From contig JBBSJT010000038.1 of the NCBI GenBank assembly GCA_038257035.1, positions 1-19,400 on the forward strand: a stretch of DNA of 19,400 nt. Reading direction: 5' to 3'. A program made the translations under genes and the position numbers. This DNA is from Chlamydiia bacterium. GTDB lineage: Bacteria > Chlamydiota > Chlamydiia > Chlamydiales > Parachlamydiaceae. Below, piece by piece: positions 17,032 through 19,400 of this stretch (positions are counted from its first letter, which is position 1; each line of letters starts with the position of its first letter). The notes beneath the pieces are model-generated. The model ran no database searches. It had not been told where the DNA came from and saw only the letters and a list, made by a program, of their open reading frames with translations.

Positions 17032-17036
17032 CCTAA

Positions 17037-18380
17037 TTAGCGGTGAAGTGTACGTGCGACGTCGAGGTAGCGGTTTAAGTCTTTGAGGCTTTTGGTTTCT
17101 GTTACAGCAACAAGCAAATGGCGGTCGAATCTTGGAAAATAGGTTTTAAGTGCTAGTCCAGGTTCGATTTTATGTTCATGAAAAATATGGATGACTTCAT
17201 CGATCGGACGATCAAATTGAATCACAAATTCATTAAAAAAATCTTCTTGGCTTGAAATTTTTATTCCAGGAATTTTTCCCAATTCTGTTTTAAGGTAGGC
17301 AGCTCTTTGATAGTTTGTAAGCACAAGCTTTTTTACCCCTTTCTTACCATACCAAAGAATGCCTGTAAGAGAGGCAAGTGCTGCAAGAGCCTGATTGGTG
17401 CATATATTGGATGTCGCTTTTTCACGTCTTATATGCTGCTCTCTTGCTTGAAGCGTTAAGACAAAGCCTCTTTTGCCATCTGTATCTACAGTTTCACCCA
17501 CAATTCTTCCGGGAAGTTGTCTCACAAATCCTTCTTTGCATGCCATGTAGCCAACGTAAGGGCCTCCAAATTGCAACGCAATTCCAAACGGTTGACAATC
17601 GCCAACGGCTATGTCTGCATGAATTTCTTTAGCATTTTTATAGAGTCCATAAACCATGGGATTTGCGACAACAATTGTCAGTGCATCATATTCCTTAGCT
17701 TTTTTAAAAGCAGGAGTTACATCATCAATGCCTCCAAAAAAGTTTGGGTACTGAACTAAGACTGCGGCCGTTTGATCATCGATCATCGATTTGAAATGTT
17801 CAAAATTAAGCGCACCATTATCTAACATCGGGATGAGCTCAATTTTGGTCTGATGACTGCATAGGTACTGTTTAATAACGGCAAAATAATGAGGGTGCAA
17901 ATTTTCTGCAATAATAACCTTATTTCTTTCCTTATTGATCCTTAAAGCCATTAATAAACTTTCAGCACAAGCCGAAGCTCCATCATATAAAGAGGCATTT
18001 GAAACATCCATCCCGGTCAATGCACATATGACTGATTGAAACTCAAAAATGAGTTGTAACATGCCTTGAGAAACTTCCGGCTGATACGGTGTATAGGCCG
18101 TTAAAAATTGTGCCTTGGAACAAACAGATGAAACAAGGGCCGGCACGTGATGCTCGTAAGCGCCAGCTCCAAGGTAGTTATCGAAATCTGAAAAAGAATT
18201 TTTTTTAGCTAGTCTCTGCATGAGTTGAATGCCTTCAAATTCAGAAAGACCATCATCAACAGTCGGTTTTTCATGCATCAAACTTTTTGGAATATCTAAA
18301 AAAAGTTCTTCAACAGTTTTGATGCCGATTGCTTTTAACATTTCTTGAATTTGCGCTTCTTGATTGGAAATAAAGTCCAT
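17037..18380 (-). CDS. gcvPA: Glycine dehydrogenase (decarboxylating) subunit 1
   Basis: YLGAGAYEH, TAYTPYQPEVSQG, NASLYDGASA and LQAREQHIRREKATSNICTNQAL. Confidence 0.96.
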   Translation of the reverse strand: MDFISNQEAQIQEMLKAIGIKTVEELFLDIPKSLMHEKPTVDDGLSEFEGIQLMQRLAKKNSFSDFDNYLGAGAYEHHVPALVSSVCSKAQFLTAYTPYQPEVSQGMLQLIFEFQSVICALTGMDVSNASLYDGASACAESLLMALRINKERNKVIIAENLHPHYFAVIKQYLCSHQTKIELIPMLDNGALNFEHFKSMIDDQTAAVLVQYPNFFGGIDDVTPAFKKAKEYDALTIVVANPMVYGLYKNAKEIHADIAVGDCQPFGIALQFGGPYVGYMACKEGFVRQLPGRIVGETVDTDGKRGFVLTLQAREQHIRREKATSNICTNQALAALASLTGILWYGKKGVKKLVLTNYQRAAYLKTELGKIPGIKISSQEDFFNEFVIQFDRPIDEVIHIFHEHKIEPGLALKTYFPRFDRHLLVAVTETKSLKDLNRYLDVARTLHR

Positions 18381-18382
18381 AA

Positions 18383-18745
18383 TTACACACTATTTTTCTT
18401 TTTATAATCCAATTCATCCATCATTTCATCGATCTCTTTTTCGCTGTCAAATCTTATTTTAAAAATCCAACCTTCATTTTCAGCAGATTTATTAATGAGT
18501 TCTGCATTTTGATTTAAGATGGAATTGACTTCGATTATTGTTCCGCTTAATGGAGAATATACATCTGCCGCAGCTTTTGTAGATTCCAAAACAGCAACTT
18601 CTTCGCCGGCCTTAATTGACTTATCAACTTTTGGCAGTTCCACATAAACAATATCGCCAAGCTGATCTTGAGCATAATGTGAGACACCGACAATTGCGAT
18701 ATCGCCTTGCTGCTTAATCCATTCATGTGTTTTGGTAAATTTCAT
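18383..18745 (-). CDS. gcvH: Glycine cleavage system H protein
   Basis: FTKTHEW, YAQDQLGDIVYVELP and the lipoyl-Lys motif LESTKAAADVYSPLSG. Confidence 0.96.
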   Translation of the reverse strand: MKFTKTHEWIKQQGDIAIVGVSHYAQDQLGDIVYVELPKVDKSIKAGEEVAVLESTKAAADVYSPLSGTIIEVNSILNQNAELINKSAENEGWIFKIRFDSEKEIDEMMDELDYKKKNSV

Positions 18746-18751
18746 ATTTTC

Positions 18752-19399
18752 TCACTGTTCATGTTTTTTCGGTTCATGTTTTTTCGGTTCATGTTTTTCT
18801 GATATAAAAGGTAGTTTTGTAACGACAGCCAAAACTAACTGATCTCTAATTTTAATTTCAACAGCATCATCGATATTTAATTTTTCATCGACAAGGATGA
18901 CTGCAATCGCTTTTTGCAAAATGGGCGAATAATTTCCTGATGTGACGTGACCGATTAAATTTCCATTTTTATACACATTATAATCTTCTCTTGCGATTCC
19001 TTTTTCGACGATCACTCCGTATTCATGGCGCTTGAGATCGCTCATCGCCTGTTTTCCAATAAATTTTTTATTCCATTTGATAGTCCAAGAAGATAGGCTT
19101 TCCGATGCCATAATCGATTCATTTAATTCATGACCATAAAGACTATATCCTTTTTCTAGTCGAAGGGTATCTCTTGCCCCTAAACCAATAGGGAGTAGTC
19201 CAAAAGGCTTTCCTTCATTTAAGAACCAGTCAAAAAGCTCTAGGATCAAATGGTTTTTGGCATAAATTTCAAATCCAAGTTCTCCGGTGTAGCCTGTTCT
19301 TGATAAAATGATTTTTTGCCCATGGTAGTGAACTGGAATGAAATGCATTTTTTTTAAATTTTTTGCCTCTAAAAATAAAGGAGAAATTAATTTCAAAGC
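18752..19399 (-). CDS. gcvT: Aminomethyltransferase (glycine cleavage T protein), C-terminal part (truncated by window end)
   Basis: SRTGYTGELGFEI, GLGARDTLRLEKG..LYGHE and IGHVTSG..SP. The frame is open to the window edge. Confidence 0.95.
   Translation of the reverse strand, partial: ALKLISPLFLEAKNLKKMHFIPVHYHGQKIILSRTGYTGELGFEIYAKNHLILELFDWFLNEGKPFGLLPIGLGARDTLRLEKGYSLYGHELNESIMASESLSSWTIKWNKKFIGKQAMSDLKRHEYGVIVEKGIAREDYNVYKNGNLIGHVTSGNYSPILQKAIAVILVDEKLNIDDAVEIKIRDQLVLAVVTKLPFISEKHEPKKHEPKKHEQ
18757..18798. repeat. 15-bp in-frame tandem repeat (about 2.8 copies) encoding KHEPK
   Basis: GTTCATGTTTTTTCG twice, then GTTCATGTTTTT. Confidence 0.85.
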
Positions 19400-19400
19400 A

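Overview
AT-rich bacterial window. In order: the 3' end of an IS4-family element, an ArcD-like basic amino acid antiporter, an HI0933/BaiN-family flavoprotein, an ~8 kb Tad (Flp/type IVc) pilus locus, a degenerate serine-dehydratase-like PLP enzyme, a small membrane protein, tRNA-Ser(GGA), ogt, a DUF2156 protein and the gcvT-H-PA-PB glycine cleavage operon. The Tad locus is the most unusual part. It has tadE, tadG, a PilD-type rather than TadV-type peptidase, two tandem flp pilins missed by the ORF track, a TadB-TadC fusion, tadA, and a 755-aa protein that appears to fuse a membrane anchor, two [RcpC/CpaB + BON-like] modules and an RcpA secretin domain. No tadZ, tadD or rcpB is visible. Several intergenic regions carry inverted-repeat elements, including a 71-bp stem whose six mismatches are all G-U compatible on one strand. 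All protein calls come from reading motifs by eye; no database search was run.
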